A stretch of 64,000 nt of DNA from the NCBI GenBank assembly GCA_029262635.1, contig JAJCZA010000022.1:58222-122221 (forward strand), given 5' to 3'. A model generated the notes under the pieces. The model ran no database searches, was not told the DNA's origin, and was given only the letters and a program-made list of their open reading frames with translations. This document shows positions 30,094 through 40,757 of the stretch, piece after piece. This stretch comes from Vampirovibrionales bacterium. GTDB lineage: Bacteria > Cyanobacteriota > Vampirovibrionia > Vampirovibrionales > Vampirovibrionaceae. The position numbers and the translations under genes are program-made. Within the stretch, counting starts at the first letter, position 1. Each line of letters begins with the position of its first letter.

Positions 30094-30108
30094 AGCGCTT
30101 TCAAATGC

Positions 30109-30810
30109 TTAACCACCAGTAATTTTTCCGCTGGCCGCATCAACAGTGGAAGCGCTTAAGTCGGTTTTGTACTCCGGATCAATCAGAATATTTAAAACAA
30201 TTTCTTTTTGAGTATCTAGAGGATTTAATTCAAAACCAATTCGATGTTCATACGTTTTCCAGTTGTATAAAATATGCTTAATGATTCCTGGAAAATCATA
30301 TTCCTTATCTTTATGTGTTGCGGTCAATGTATATTCACGATCTTGGGTCATTGCGAGGATTGGATGTTCGGATTTAAATAAAAGTCCCAATCCTTGAGTT
30401 GTTGCATTTTCAGCGGAAAATTCTTGTTGATCGCCATGGCGAAGCTCAAAAGAAGCCGGTTTTCGCTCTATTGATCTCAAATTTTTATGAAGCTTTCGTT
30501 GAATCGGAGTGCAAAGGTGAACCGTACTTCCATCTCCTTCATAAACAACATGTTTTAAAACTTGAACCGAGGCTGTTTCGTATAACCCTTCCGATTCCAG
30601 GTCATTGTCGCCATCTTTTTTTACTTTCATGTTTTCAGGAAAAATATAAATTCTAGAACCAATCGGTAAAACCGTATCACCCCGACGTTTTACACCAACA
30701 TAAATACGGAATTCCGTATCGCTAACATCTTCCACCTCGACATGGCAGTGAACACAGATATTGGACTTAATTTGAAATTTAGCGCGAAGCGTTCGCATTT
30801 TTAGACTCAT
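30109..30810 (-). CDS. hypothetical protein (weak PilZ-like features at the N-terminus)
   Basis: RTLRAKF ... DVSDTEF could be a degenerate RxxxR / DxSxxG pair, but the GG is missing. Otherwise no assignment. Confidence 0.35.
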   Translation of the reverse strand: MSLKMRTLRAKFQIKSNICVHCHVEVEDVSDTEFRIYVGVKRRGDTVLPIGSRIYIFPENMKVKKDGDNDLESEGLYETASVQVLKHVVYEGDGSTVHLCTPIQRKLHKNLRSIERKPASFELRHGDQQEFSAENATTQGLGLLFKSEHPILAMTQDREYTLTATHKDKEYDFPGIIKHILYNWKTYEHRIGFELNPLDTQKEIVLNILIDPEYKTDLSASTVDAASGKITGG

Positions 30811-30894
30811 GATTTATTTATCATAACATAGGGACACCAGACTCAAAAGAGGTTAAAACCTTTTGCAAGTGCCTTTGTAAAACAAATTGTTTTT

Positions 30895-31893
30895 TTAAAA
30901 ATTTTCTTTTATCGGAAGAAAGGGACGAATAGTAAATAGATCAGGTTGGGTGGGATCCACTAGAATCCGAACCACAGCCACGTCGGGCGAGCCAAAAATA
31001 TTCACCCGCGTAAAATTTCGAACCAACTCATCGGCAGCTTTACCGTTTGAATGCCGTAAGGGTTTATCCACCTTGAAAAAATGGGCATCACCGTGAACCA
31101 ACAGAACTTGCCCATTGAACGCCGGAACCCGTTTTTTGAGAAGAGCATGAAAATCACTGAGCCCAGAGCGATCCGACTCTTTGGCATAAAACAACGGCAA
31201 GGCGTGCATGAATATTACCACACCGGAAAGATGCTGACGCTCCGCCTCGTCAAAGGCTTGATTTAACCATTTCATGTTGGCCTTGTTGCGTTGTTTAAAT
31301 TCCTTTTTGCTGCCATGTTTCTTTTGTCGGTTGTTATTACTGCCCACCTGATGAACCGCTACAAAGAGAATTTTTTCCTTTTGCCAGCGGCTATTTTCGG
31401 TAAATACCGGGAACGCTTTATCCACATCACCTTGGCGAATAAACCCATCGGGCTGAGGCGCAAGAGGCTCTGTAAAAAACAATTCCCGAATTTTTTTTAG
31501 ACGTTCTACCGGCCTATAGCTTCCACAGACAAACCGGTGACAATCCGTCCACTCGTTGTCGCCCGGTGTATAAACAAACGGGTGAGTGAATTGCCGGAAG
31601 AGAGCCTGAACTTTTTTATAGCTTCTGTCACTGCACAAGCTTTTTCCGCTTTTTATATCTCCAACATGAACACTAAAAGCTGGCTGGTATGTGTTTAAAG
31701 ACTGAATTAAACGCTCAACACGCTGAACATCACCCGGCTCATAAGGTATATCTCCAAAAGCAGCAAACTCAAAGGCGTTAACACCCTCCGAAAAGGCAGG
31801 ACTTAATCCCAACAGGTAAAAATAGGTTATAAATAAGAGGATTAAGCTTCCTAACGTTCTAAACCGTTGGGTCATCGTGCGGATCCGTTTCAT
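30895..31893 (-). CDS. secreted calcineurin-like metallophosphoesterase
   Basis: Signal-peptide-like N-terminus, GD...GDxxxxG...GDNEW...metal-binding motif order typical of MPP. Confidence 0.7.
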   Translation of the reverse strand: MKRIRTMTQRFRTLGSLILLFITYFYLLGLSPAFSEGVNAFEFAAFGDIPYEPGDVQRVERLIQSLNTYQPAFSVHVGDIKSGKSLCSDRSYKKVQALFRQFTHPFVYTPGDNEWTDCHRFVCGSYRPVERLKKIRELFFTEPLAPQPDGFIRQGDVDKAFPVFTENSRWQKEKILFVAVHQVGSNNNRQKKHGSKKEFKQRNKANMKWLNQAFDEAERQHLSGVVIFMHALPLFYAKESDRSGLSDFHALLKKRVPAFNGQVLLVHGDAHFFKVDKPLRHSNGKAADELVRNFTRVNIFGSPDVAVVRILVDPTQPDLFTIRPFLPIKENF

Positions 31894-32025
31894 TATTCAT
31901 GGCTCTCTAAAAAAACGCTTTGATAGTTTACTGAAAATTAAGAGTAAATACTATATGATAGCACCCGTTACCCGTTAATTATAAACGGGTTGGTACAACT
32001 TCTCTAAATAGAAGGATATTCAACG

Positions 32026-33189
32026 ATGCAACATCCCCCACTGGAGTTAATTAAAGGGCATGCCACAGGTGAAGGAACCCAACGATTTGTAGGACGAGGA
32101 GTTAAGCCGTCCCCAGAAGCCATTCGTATTGCAAAGGGACATATGCGACCATTTGGGGCAGAGCCACTTTGGTTAAGCAGTTTGGGAATGGGATCTTACT
32201 TGGGTGAAACAAATAAAGAAACCGACACATTGGTCACTCAGGCCGTCGTTCGATCCGTGGAATCCGGCGCTATTAACGTTATTGATACGGCTATTAATTA
32301 CCGTCACCAAAAAGCGGAACGAGCCATTGGTAAAGCTTTAAAACAACTAACCACCAACGGTGTTCATCGGGAAGAACTCTTTATCTGCAGTAAAAATGGG
32401 TACCTGGCCCCAGATATGGATTCAGGCTTATCTCCCCGGGATTATATCCAACGAGAAATCATTGATAGCGGGGCCGCAACACCATCTGATATTGCCAATG
32501 GGAGCCACTGCATGTCGTCAGGTTACTTGAATCATCAATTGGATTGTTCACGAGCCAACCTTGGGATTGAAACCCTGGATTTGATGTATCTGCATAATGC
32601 CGCCGAGGCACAAATTCCGGCCGTCGGTCGAACGGTGTTTATGGAACGTTTGAAAGAGGCTTTTACTTTTTATGAACAAGCCCGACAAGAGAATCGGATC
32701 CGATTCTATGGTCTGGCTTCGTGGGATTGCTTCCGGTCAGAACCGATAGAAGCTTCCACCTATCTGAACTTGGAAACTATTGTTCAGTTAGCAGAAGAAG
32801 TGGGCGGAAGCGGGCACGGGTTCCGGTTTGTTCAAGTGCCGTTTAACCTAGTCTTTACAGAAGCGGGTACTCTATTAAGCCAGACGCTTTCAGACTCGGA
32901 TCATACCAGCGAGAAAATAACGTTCCTTGAGGCCGCGTTACGTTTAAGAATCGGTGTTTTTACCAGTGTCCCTCTCCTACAAGGTCAGCTACTGGGGCAA
33001 AATCTCCCCTCGTTTGAGGAAATGAATTCTCCGGCGCAGTCTTGTCTTCAGTTTGTTCGCTCCCACCCCGGTGTTTTAGCCCCCTTAGTCGGGCATAAAC
33101 ATTCGGCACATGTAGAGGAAAATATTAAGGTAGCTATAGTGTCGCCTATCGCGACTGAACAACTCGGTCAAATACTGGCGGCACTTTAG
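32026..33189 (+). CDS. aldo/keto reductase family oxidoreductase
   Basis: IDTAINYRHQKAERAIGKAL and downstream AKR barrel motifs. Confidence 0.8.
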   Translation: MQHPPLELIKGHATGEGTQRFVGRGVKPSPEAIRIAKGHMRPFGAEPLWLSSLGMGSYLGETNKETDTLVTQAVVRSVESGAINVIDTAINYRHQKAERAIGKALKQLTTNGVHREELFICSKNGYLAPDMDSGLSPRDYIQREIIDSGAATPSDIANGSHCMSSGYLNHQLDCSRANLGIETLDLMYLHNAAEAQIPAVGRTVFMERLKEAFTFYEQARQENRIRFYGLASWDCFRSEPIEASTYLNLETIVQLAEEVGGSGHGFRFVQVPFNLVFTEAGTLLSQTLSDSDHTSEKITFLEAALRLRIGVFTSVPLLQGQLLGQNLPSFEEMNSPAQSCLQFVRSHPGVLAPLVGHKHSAHVEENIKVAIVSPIATEQLGQILAAL

Positions 33190-33209
33190 AGTATTCTACT
33201 GAGCTTCTT

Positions 33210-33977
33210 TTACGACACTTCTCCGGGACGGGTCAGGATCTCGAGTTGGTTTCCTTCGGTAACAAGAAACATATCGGCCACATGGGCAGACAGACTGCCA
33301 TCTTTCATTTTTTGTGTCCAGCCGTCCTCGGTTTCCGCCCATTCACCAGACTTACCCAAGCTCATCATAGACATCACCACAAAAGCCATGCCTTTTTCCA
33401 CCGGAATCACATGGGTCAGCTCGTCAGGGTTATTCATGATGACCGGCGCATCGTGAAGGGCTTTGCCGATGCCGGTACCAAAACTGTCCTTGACCAAGGT
33501 TAATTGATAAGACACGGCAATTTCGGACATCCAATGAGCAATGTCGTTGAGACTCTCGATGGTCCGTCCTGCCAATTGGTGCATGATTTGTTCTGTACCC
33601 GTCAGCAAGCGTTGAATCTCCTTAGGAGGCGAATCTCCCAAGTAAACCGTCCGGGCCGCTTTTCCATGTAACCCTCGGCATTCGCTTCCGATGGCCACAC
33701 TCACCACATCGCCCGCCTTAAGCAGCCGTTCTACGGATGGCGGACCATTGACGGTTTCGTCGTTAATAGAAACACAAATGGCGTGGCCAAACCTATCAAA
33801 GGATTTAAACGGAGCTGACGACCGTTTTTCCGCCAGCAGACGGTTGGCTAATTCATCCAGCGCCATGGTCGTCATGCCCGGCTGAGCGGCGTTGACAATT
33901 GCGTCACACACCCAGCCTGCCGCTTGACCCGCCTGACGCAACGATTTTAGATCTGTATTGCTTTTAACAAGGCCCAT
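33210..33977 (-). CDS. map: methionine aminopeptidase type I
   Basis: 255 aa. Pita-bread fold metal ligands in the usual order (D...D...H...E...E context: GHGIG-like FGTGIGKALHD). Confidence 0.9.
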   Translation of the reverse strand: MGLVKSNTDLKSLRQAGQAAGWVCDAIVNAAQPGMTTMALDELANRLLAEKRSSAPFKSFDRFGHAICVSINDETVNGPPSVERLLKAGDVVSVAIGSECRGLHGKAARTVYLGDSPPKEIQRLLTGTEQIMHQLAGRTIESLNDIAHWMSEIAVSYQLTLVKDSFGTGIGKALHDAPVIMNNPDELTHVIPVEKGMAFVVMSMMSLGKSGEWAETEDGWTQKMKDGSLSAHVADMFLVTEGNQLEILTRPGEVS

Positions 33978-35154
33978 AATTTTTGACTCTGATCAGTGCT
34001 TTTCGAGCGGCCCGAATGGTTTCAAGACAGACAAAGGGATCTTCGTGGATGACGGAAATATGCCCCATTTTCCGGCCAGGCCGTGCTTCTGCTTTGCCGT
34101 ATAAATAAAGCTTAACGCCGGGAAAGGCATCAAGTTGGCGCCAATCCGGTTCCTGACCATCCACCCATAAATCGCCCATAATATTAGCCATGGCCCCAGG
34201 AGTGACTTGGGAGGTATCGCCCAAAGGCAAACCGCAAACGGCACGGACGTGCAAATCAAACTGACTACTCCGATGGGTTTCCATGCTGATGTGTCCAGAG
34301 TTATGGGGTCGGGGTGCCATTTCGTTGACCAGTAGTTGTTTGTCTTTGGTAATAAAAAACTCAAGACAAACAATACCAACCATATCCAGCTCTTTTAGCA
34401 GGCCAAAGGTCGTTTCAATGGCTCCTTTTTCCACATCGTCCATCTCAGCACCAGCAGAAACCGTGACATCCAAAATATTTTTCTCATGAAAATTTTGAAA
34501 AACACCCAAATGCGCCATACTACCATCGTGCCCTCGTACAGCTACCACAGAACACTCGGCTTCAAAATCGATAAATTTTTCCAGAATCCATTCACCCTCC
34601 GGTCCCACTATATTCAGCGCTGTGGAAAGATCATCCGAGGAGAACAGTACCTGTTGACCCTTTCCATCGTATCCCATAGTGGTCGTTTTTAACACCGAAG
34701 GATAACCAAGACGGTGAACGGCTTGGGTTAAATCGTCTGGTGTTTTGATCACCTCGAACGGGGGGACCGAATAGCCCCGTTTCTGAAAAAACGTTTTTTC
34801 CTCAATGCGGTTTTGCGAGGTAATCAGGGCATTAGGGCCAGGGTACATCTGGGTATGGTGCTCCAGAACTTCCACCGCTTGCCGAGGGATATTCTCAAAT
34901 TCGAGAGTGACCACTTCGACAGAACGGGCAAATGTTTTCAGCGCCTCTACGTCATCAAACAACCCGACAGTAACCCGATCTGCCAACTTACAGGCTGGAG
35001 CGTCCGCATCTGGCGAAAACACGTGCACGCGATAGCCCATCTTCTGAGCCGACTCAATAAACATCATCCCTAACTGCCCGCCACCCAGTATACCAATACG
35101 CCCTCCGGGCAGAACCGTTTTTCTCATTGATGCTTCAAGGGGAATGTCACTCAT
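33964..35154 (-). CDS. purK: N5-carboxyaminoimidazole ribonucleotide synthase
   Basis: ATP-grasp protein with a PurK-like N-terminus ([12 protein letters not shown]). Directly downstream of purE with a 4-nt overlap. Confidence 0.85.
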   Translation of the reverse strand: MSDIPLEASMRKTVLPGGRIGILGGGQLGMMFIESAQKMGYRVHVFSPDADAPACKLADRVTVGLFDDVEALKTFARSVEVVTLEFENIPRQAVEVLEHHTQMYPGPNALITSQNRIEEKTFFQKRGYSVPPFEVIKTPDDLTQAVHRLGYPSVLKTTTMGYDGKGQQVLFSSDDLSTALNIVGPEGEWILEKFIDFEAECSVVAVRGHDGSMAHLGVFQNFHEKNILDVTVSAGAEMDDVEKGAIETTFGLLKELDMVGIVCLEFFITKDKQLLVNEMAPRPHNSGHISMETHRSSQFDLHVRAVCGLPLGDTSQVTPGAMANIMGDLWVDGQEPDWRQLDAFPGVKLYLYGKAEARPGRKMGHISVIHEDPFVCLETIRAARKALIRVKNYGPC

Positions 35155-35657
35155 GATAATTTGTCCTTTAACACACGAGCGCTTTGTTGCTCTCGGTAAG
35201 CCTTTAAGGGGGCCTTAAATTCCGGGTGGGCGTTGGCTACGATAGACGCAGCCAGCAGGGCCGAATTGACAGCACCGGCCTTACCAATGGCCAGAGTGCC
35301 AACAGCAATTCCAGCAGGCATTTGGACAATAGACAGCAGGGAATCCATCCCTTTTAATACCCGGCTTTCAACCGGAACACCAAGTACAGGTAACGGGGTG
35401 TAAGCGGCCACCATTCCGGGCAGATGAGCCGCACCGCCCGCACCGGCGATAATCACCTCAATTCCTCGAGCTTCAGCTTCTTTAGCAAAGAATGCCATTT
35501 TATCCGGGGTTCGATGAGCAGAAATAATATCGCACTCATGAGAAATACCTAATTCGGACAGGGTTTCATCCACATGCCTCATGGTTTCCCAATCTGATTT
35601 GCTCCCCATAATGACAGCAACAAGAGGCTTCTTACCGGTATTTGATGTTTTATCCAA
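35151..35657 (-). CDS. purE: N5-carboxyaminoimidazole ribonucleotide mutase
   Basis: [14 protein letters not shown]...[13 protein letters not shown] are canonical PurE motifs. Confidence 0.9.
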   Translation of the reverse strand: MDKTSNTGKKPLVAVIMGSKSDWETMRHVDETLSELGISHECDIISAHRTPDKMAFFAKEAEARGIEVIIAGAGGAAHLPGMVAAYTPLPVLGVPVESRVLKGMDSLLSIVQMPAGIAVGTLAIGKAGAVNSALLAASIVANAHPEFKAPLKAYREQQSARVLKDKLS

Positions 35658-35806
35658 GGGGTTACTCCAAACGGATTGATTTTTTTAGTTTTTAGAACGA
35701 ATCATTTTATTTTATCTCGATTCCGGGCTTCTGTTAATCAGTAGCTTTTATTTTCTATTGGTTTATTTTTTAGACATAATGGAATGGACTGAACATACGG
35801 TTATCG

Positions 35807-37543
35807 ATGTATAAGGGATTATTATTCATGAACTCGGTTGTTATTGCGCTTGGCGCTATGGCTCTTTTCTACTTTTTTGGCTATCGCTTCTGGTCAAAGA
35901 AACTGGAGAAAACGGTTTTTCAACTTTCACCCGATGAGCAAACGCCTGCTAATAACCCTGAGCTACAAGACGGCATTGACTATGTGCCAACAAACCGACA
36001 GATTCTTTGGGGGCACCACTACACCTCCATTGCCGGGGCAGCACCTATTATTGGGCCAGCCGTGGCTGTATTTTGGGGATGGGTGCCCGCTATTCTCTGG
36101 ATTGTTTTTGGCACAATTTTTATTGGTGCCGTCCATGATTTCTCTACTCTGGCCCTGTCTGCTCGACATCAAGGACACACCATGGCCGATATTGCCGGAC
36201 ATATGATTCACCCTCGGGTTCGAACCCTATTTCAAATTGTAATTTATTTCCTAATCTGGGTAGTACTAGCCGTTTTTGGTATTGCCATTGGCGTGCTGTT
36301 TGATCATTATCCAGCGACCGTGATCCCCGTGAATTTCCAAATTGTTGTAGCCGTCGTGATTGGCTTTCTCCTTCACCGTAAGGGGGCCAATATTCTGATT
36401 CCCTCTATTATCGCTCTGATTTTGCTTTACGCCATGATTCCGGTGGGGCTATCGTTCCCTGTTCAATTTTCCCCCTGGCATATCATGGGGATAGAGCTGA
36501 CGGCACCAACTATTTGGGCGATTCTGTTATTAATTTATGCCGCTATTGCCAGTATTCTACCGGTTTGGGCGCTTCTTCAACCTCGGGATTATATTAACTC
36601 GCATCAACTTATTGTTGGGCTTTCCCTACTACTGCTAGGGTTGTTCGTTTTACATCCCGACATGCAGGCACCGGCCATCAACACTCAAGCCACGGGGGCA
36701 CCGCCCTTGTTTCCTTTGATTTTTGTAACCATTGCCTGTGGTGCCATTTCCGGATTTCACGGACTGGTTTCCAGTGGAACCACATCAAAACAGTTAAACA
36801 ACATGAAAGACGTCCGAGCCATTGGATACGGTGGTATGTTGGGCGAAGGCATGCTGGCCGTCATTGCAACCATTGCTGTGGCCGCCGGGCTAACGAATTG
36901 GGGCGAGCACTACCATAACTGGAACGCTTCAGGATTAACCGCGATTGCCAAATTTGCCGAAGGTTCGGGTAATTTTATCGCCGCTTTAGGGTTCTCTACA
37001 GAGGCGGGGCAAGCGCTGGTAGCCATTTTAGCGATTTCTTTTGCCGCGACCAGCATGGACACCGGGGCTCGGATTCAGCGATTTATTGTGGCTGAGCTGG
37101 GACAATCCCTGAAGCAGGACTGGATGGCAAACCGGTATATCGCAACCGCCATTGCGGTGCTTCCAGCGATCCCACTCGTCATTGCCGGAAGTTCTGCCTA
37201 TGGACCGCTTTGGCTACTTTTTGGCACTACCAATCAGTTGGTAGGAGGCATGAGCCTGCTTGTTTTGTTTGTTTATCTTTTCCGGGCAAAAAAGCCGTTG
37301 ATGATGATCGCAGTCCCCATGATTTTTGTTATTTTAATGACGACAGCCGCCATGGTGTTTAATCTTTATGATTGGATCGCTCATCTGGGCGTTGAGGGAA
37401 CTCAGGCCAACGGGCTAACGGTTATTATTGCCAGTGCCATTCTCGTACTGGAAATTTGGATGATTGTTGAGGCGGTGATTATCCTGAAGAAATTGCGACA
37501 AGAGCGACGAGAAATACAAACGACTAGTACCATTCTTTCGTAA
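35807..37543 (+). CDS. cstA: carbon starvation protein CstA family transporter
   Basis: 578 aa polytopic. CstA N-terminal signature (WGHHYTSIAGAAPIIGPAVAV, GAVHDF). Confidence 0.9.
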   Translation: MYKGLLFMNSVVIALGAMALFYFFGYRFWSKKLEKTVFQLSPDEQTPANNPELQDGIDYVPTNRQILWGHHYTSIAGAAPIIGPAVAVFWGWVPAILWIVFGTIFIGAVHDFSTLALSARHQGHTMADIAGHMIHPRVRTLFQIVIYFLIWVVLAVFGIAIGVLFDHYPATVIPVNFQIVVAVVIGFLLHRKGANILIPSIIALILLYAMIPVGLSFPVQFSPWHIMGIELTAPTIWAILLLIYAAIASILPVWALLQPRDYINSHQLIVGLSLLLLGLFVLHPDMQAPAINTQATGAPPLFPLIFVTIACGAISGFHGLVSSGTTSKQLNNMKDVRAIGYGGMLGEGMLAVIATIAVAAGLTNWGEHYHNWNASGLTAIAKFAEGSGNFIAALGFSTEAGQALVAILAISFAATSMDTGARIQRFIVAELGQSLKQDWMANRYIATAIAVLPAIPLVIAGSSAYGPLWLLFGTTNQLVGGMSLLVLFVYLFRAKKPLMMIAVPMIFVILMTTAAMVFNLYDWIAHLGVEGTQANGLTVIIASAILVLEIWMIVEAVIILKKLRQERREIQTTSTILS

Positions 37544-38567
37544 GTGGTTCTTCAAACTGCTTTCCGGGTTTCAAAATATAGCGTCCAAACCACCGGGAAA
37601 GGCTAAGGGGCAAATAAAAAAATAGACAGTAAAACGAAAACTTCTCAAGCCAGAAAGATTGCCCAGGAAGCGAGGAGGCCACTTCAATACGCCGCCCATC
37701 ATACGAAAGAATGGTTCCAGGCACTCTATTTTTAATCGGGGAAGACGTTTCCTTGGAGACCGTTATTCGTGGAATCAGCACCATTGTGCGTTTACCCAAC
37801 GGACTCGATAAAAAGCTGTAGCTATCCAGCCAGGGCCGAAGCCCTTGAGCCCGGTTAACCACAGTTTGAGGTGGCTTACTCCAGTAAATATTGCCATCCT
37901 CCAATTCAATCGCTGGAAAATAACGGGCCTGGGTTGCATCTTGAGGTGTACCCCCAGGAAAAGGATCTTGGGCAAAAAGGGAGATCAGCTCCGGAACACT
38001 CGCCTCTGCCGCTTTTCCACATTTTGCTCGCAGGTGACCACCAGTATCATTCGGGGCAATATTAACCTTCTTCTGCAGCAAAATGGGCCCTTCATCAATG
38101 CCTTCTGTCATCCAATGAAAGGTCACGCCGCTTTCTCCTTCACCTTCAGCGATAGCAGAAGTATACGGATTAGGACCTCGGTGGTCCGGGAGTAATGAGG
38201 GGTGGCAGTTAACGGCTTTCAAATCACCTCGATTGAGCAAGTGGGGCTTAATAATTTCGCCCCACGAACCAAAAAGCAGGTAATCCGGCTTAAGTTCTTC
38301 CAGTATTTCTGTAAATCGATAGCTATTTGCGCTAGGGCAAGTTACATCAATAAGATCGCTTTCTTGGGCCCTCTTTTTCACCCGTTGCTCAAGTCGGCGG
38401 TCATAGTCATCCGTGGTGTTTTTATTTTTCGGTTGAGATGACCAGCGAAAAACGCCAATAAGTTGGCACTTTTTTTGTTCTTCCAGCTCTAATAGCCCGT
38501 TGAGCAAGGAAAGACCTAGGCATCCATAGCCTAATAGTAATAAACGAGGGCTGTTTTCTATCATCAT
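37524..38567 (-). CDS. formyltransferase family protein with Fmt-like C-terminal domain (possible methionyl-tRNA formyltransferase)
   Basis: Catalytic N/H/D triad context (NCHPSLLPDHRGPNP ... DEGPIL) and a C-terminal beta-barrel-like region (RAQGLRPW...). The 3-prime end overlaps the cstA 3-prime end convergently by 20 nt. Confidence 0.65.
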   Translation of the reverse strand: MMIENSPRLLLLGYGCLGLSLLNGLLELEEQKKCQLIGVFRWSSQPKNKNTTDDYDRRLEQRVKKRAQESDLIDVTCPSANSYRFTEILEELKPDYLLFGSWGEIIKPHLLNRGDLKAVNCHPSLLPDHRGPNPYTSAIAEGEGESGVTFHWMTEGIDEGPILLQKKVNIAPNDTGGHLRAKCGKAAEASVPELISLFAQDPFPGGTPQDATQARYFPAIELEDGNIYWSKPPQTVVNRAQGLRPWLDSYSFLSSPLGKRTMVLIPRITVSKETSSPIKNRVPGTILSYDGRRIEVASSLPGQSFWLEKFSFYCLFFYLPLSLSRWFGRYILKPGKQFEEPLTKEWY

Positions 38568-38577
38568 CTTGCTCAGT

Positions 38578-39237
38578 CTAGGGTAGAAGAAAGTAAATCG
38601 ATATATTCAGGACCATTTTTAACATTGGAGGGCGCTTCGGTGTTCTCTCTTTAAGGGGGGTAATAGAAACACCGTCAATGGCCATCAGCTCCTCGGATTG
38701 AGCAACTTGATGAACCACGTGGGCCAAGTCAGAGTAGGAACCGGTTAAAATCAACTGGAAAGGGTGGCGGGATAAACGAACCGGCGCATGAGAAAAAGGG
38801 AGCCGGTCAAGGGTTTCAGTTTTTACCGGGCGCTTCTGGATCGGAGTGGGGAGGTTCAAGCGAGAAAGGCTAATTTGCCGAATTATTTTCAAAGCGCTTT
38901 GGTCAAGAGGCTGGTTATTAAAACGCTTCGGAAATCGAACTGGAAAATAAACCGTTTCGACTAATTGGTTCTGGATGGTTATGAAGGCTTTTTTCTTATG
39001 AGACAAAGTCTGTCGTTCTATAAACAAGGTTTTATCCAGTACTGTTACCTTATCCAAAGCCGGTTGGATCAGAAAAAACCAGCCTCCCACAATAAAAAGA
39101 AGAAACACTAAGAATAAACCAAGCATCCGGGGTTCAAAACAAACCTTCAGAATGACTTTCTTAAACCCTTCGCCACTGCTTTCGCCTACCCGTGGAGGCA
39201 ATTCAAAAAAACGAATCAGCCATGTCCTTATCATCAA
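38578..39237 (-). CDS. PilO/GspM-like bitopic membrane protein
   Basis: Single TM (LGLFLVFLLFIVGGWFFLI) then a periplasmic helical and ferredoxin-like region. Coupled to the upstream PilM-PilN fusion by a 4-nt overlap. Confidence 0.45.
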   Translation of the reverse strand: MMIRTWLIRFFELPPRVGESSGEGFKKVILKVCFEPRMLGLFLVFLLFIVGGWFFLIQPALDKVTVLDKTLFIERQTLSHKKKAFITIQNQLVETVYFPVRFPKRFNNQPLDQSALKIIRQISLSRLNLPTPIQKRPVKTETLDRLPFSHAPVRLSRHPFQLILTGSYSDLAHVVHQVAQSEELMAIDGVSITPLKERTPKRPPMLKMVLNISIYFLLP

Positions 39238-40757
39238 AGCTTCTCCAGTTTCGACAAGGGAGACACAATATGCCAGTGATGATAATGGGTTGAGTGTGGG
39301 TGAAGCAGATTCTGCTCTTCGCGTGTTGTTACAGATAGGTTAAGAGGCTCCAGAGCTGTGTTTAAAGCCTTAGCAAAGAAGGTCACCGACTGTTTTGAAG
39401 AGGTCTCTCCTTCCATGGAAATCGAAAGCGGCCCGGTTGAAGACGCCAGACGAAGCCGCATTCGGTTCATCTGCATCGTTTTTGGAAAGTCTTTTGCTGC
39501 GTGGATGATGATATTATTCATCGCAATATTATGTTTTAGCCTTTTGGAAATAAAAAGTTGATGAGAAACAGCTTGAAAAGACTCGGCAGATAATTCACGG
39601 TCAATTTTATCCACTTGGCGTGTGACCTGGCTGAGCTGGGTTTCTTTCTCGGCCACGGCAAAATGAACAAGCAGAGAAAGAAAGAGAACAACGATAAAGG
39701 CAAACGCGTTGACCATAATGAGAGATTTAAATAATTTTCGGCGAACATTAGCCAATGCAAGAAACTCTTCTTCGTTTTGAAGGCCCCAGTCAATAAAGGG
39801 AAGACCCGAATATTCCGTATAAAAAGCCCCGCCAATGGCCTCAAGAGAACAAGGGTACTCTCCATCGCCTTCTCCGCGAGAACGTAACGACCCTTCAGTC
39901 TGGGAAATCAAGGTCACTTTATCGGTTAAATCCAGTGTTTCCAAAAGTTCTTTCGATGAAAAGTGTTCCGTATTATCCACACAAACAATCGAAGGGTAGT
40001 TTTTTATCACTTTATTGCCACTCACAAGGGAGGAAGACTTCAAAGAGGAAGGCCTTAATTGCTTCCCTTCAAGAAAATCCTGAATGTCTTCCTTAAGCAT
40101 CTGAAGAGCGCCCTGAGCGTCCTCACTCTGAGGGATAGGAACTTCTATGACCCGAAACATCTGTGTTCCCTGAAATTTGGCCGCAGAAAAGAGGTGATCT
40201 GAAATGGTCATCAACAACCAGGGTTTCTCCGAATCCAAAATAGGTTCGATGGCACCCGTAGCGATAAGCCCTCGGAGAATAGAGAAATAGTTTAAGTCAA
40301 TGGCAATAAGCGGGGTTCTATTCTGATGGAAAATACGAATGTATTTATCAATTTCTTCCTTGGGGTAAGCACTATACAAAACCCGTCCATTTCCTAATTG
40401 AACCCAGTCCAATTGGATCGGGGACTCTTTAAACAGTGATTTTTCACGGACTTTACCTAATAATTTTTTATAGATTTCATCATCTGAAAGTTTAGTGGGC
40501 ATAACACATTCACGTGTGAAAAAGCTAGGCAACACAAGAACCGTTGGGGTCGAAATAGGAATACGATGCGCTTCGTAAAGCACTTTCAGGATTTCGGCCA
40601 TTTCAGCCTCATTGCCCATGAGTCGGCTATCCATATCGAAGAAAACAGGAAATGACCCGGCACGCTCAATTTCAGCCTGTTTTTCCTGAATTTTTATAAT
40701 TTCAACACAATCCAGAGAAGGTGAAATATTAACGCATACCAGTGATTTTGAAGTCAT
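39234..40757 (-). CDS. PilM-PilN fusion (actin-like cytoplasmic ATPase-fold domain + TM + periplasmic domain; GspL-like architecture)
   Basis: N-terminus LVCVNISPSLDCVEIIKIQ resembles the PilM start (VGLDIGSSSIK). An internal TM (MVNAFAFIVVLFLSLLVHFAV) near aa 345 is followed by a roughly 140-aa periplasmic region. Confidence 0.5.
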   Translation of the reverse strand: MTSKSLVCVNISPSLDCVEIIKIQEKQAEIERAGSFPVFFDMDSRLMGNEAEMAEILKVLYEAHRIPISTPTVLVLPSFFTRECVMPTKLSDDEIYKKLLGKVREKSLFKESPIQLDWVQLGNGRVLYSAYPKEEIDKYIRIFHQNRTPLIAIDLNYFSILRGLIATGAIEPILDSEKPWLLMTISDHLFSAAKFQGTQMFRVIEVPIPQSEDAQGALQMLKEDIQDFLEGKQLRPSSLKSSSLVSGNKVIKNYPSIVCVDNTEHFSSKELLETLDLTDKVTLISQTEGSLRSRGEGDGEYPCSLEAIGGAFYTEYSGLPFIDWGLQNEEEFLALANVRRKLFKSLIMVNAFAFIVVLFLSLLVHFAVAEKETQLSQVTRQVDKIDRELSAESFQAVSHQLFISKRLKHNIAMNNIIIHAAKDFPKTMQMNRMRLRLASSTGPLSISMEGETSSKQSVTFFAKALNTALEPLNLSVTTREEQNLLHPHSTHYHHWHIVSPLSKLEKL

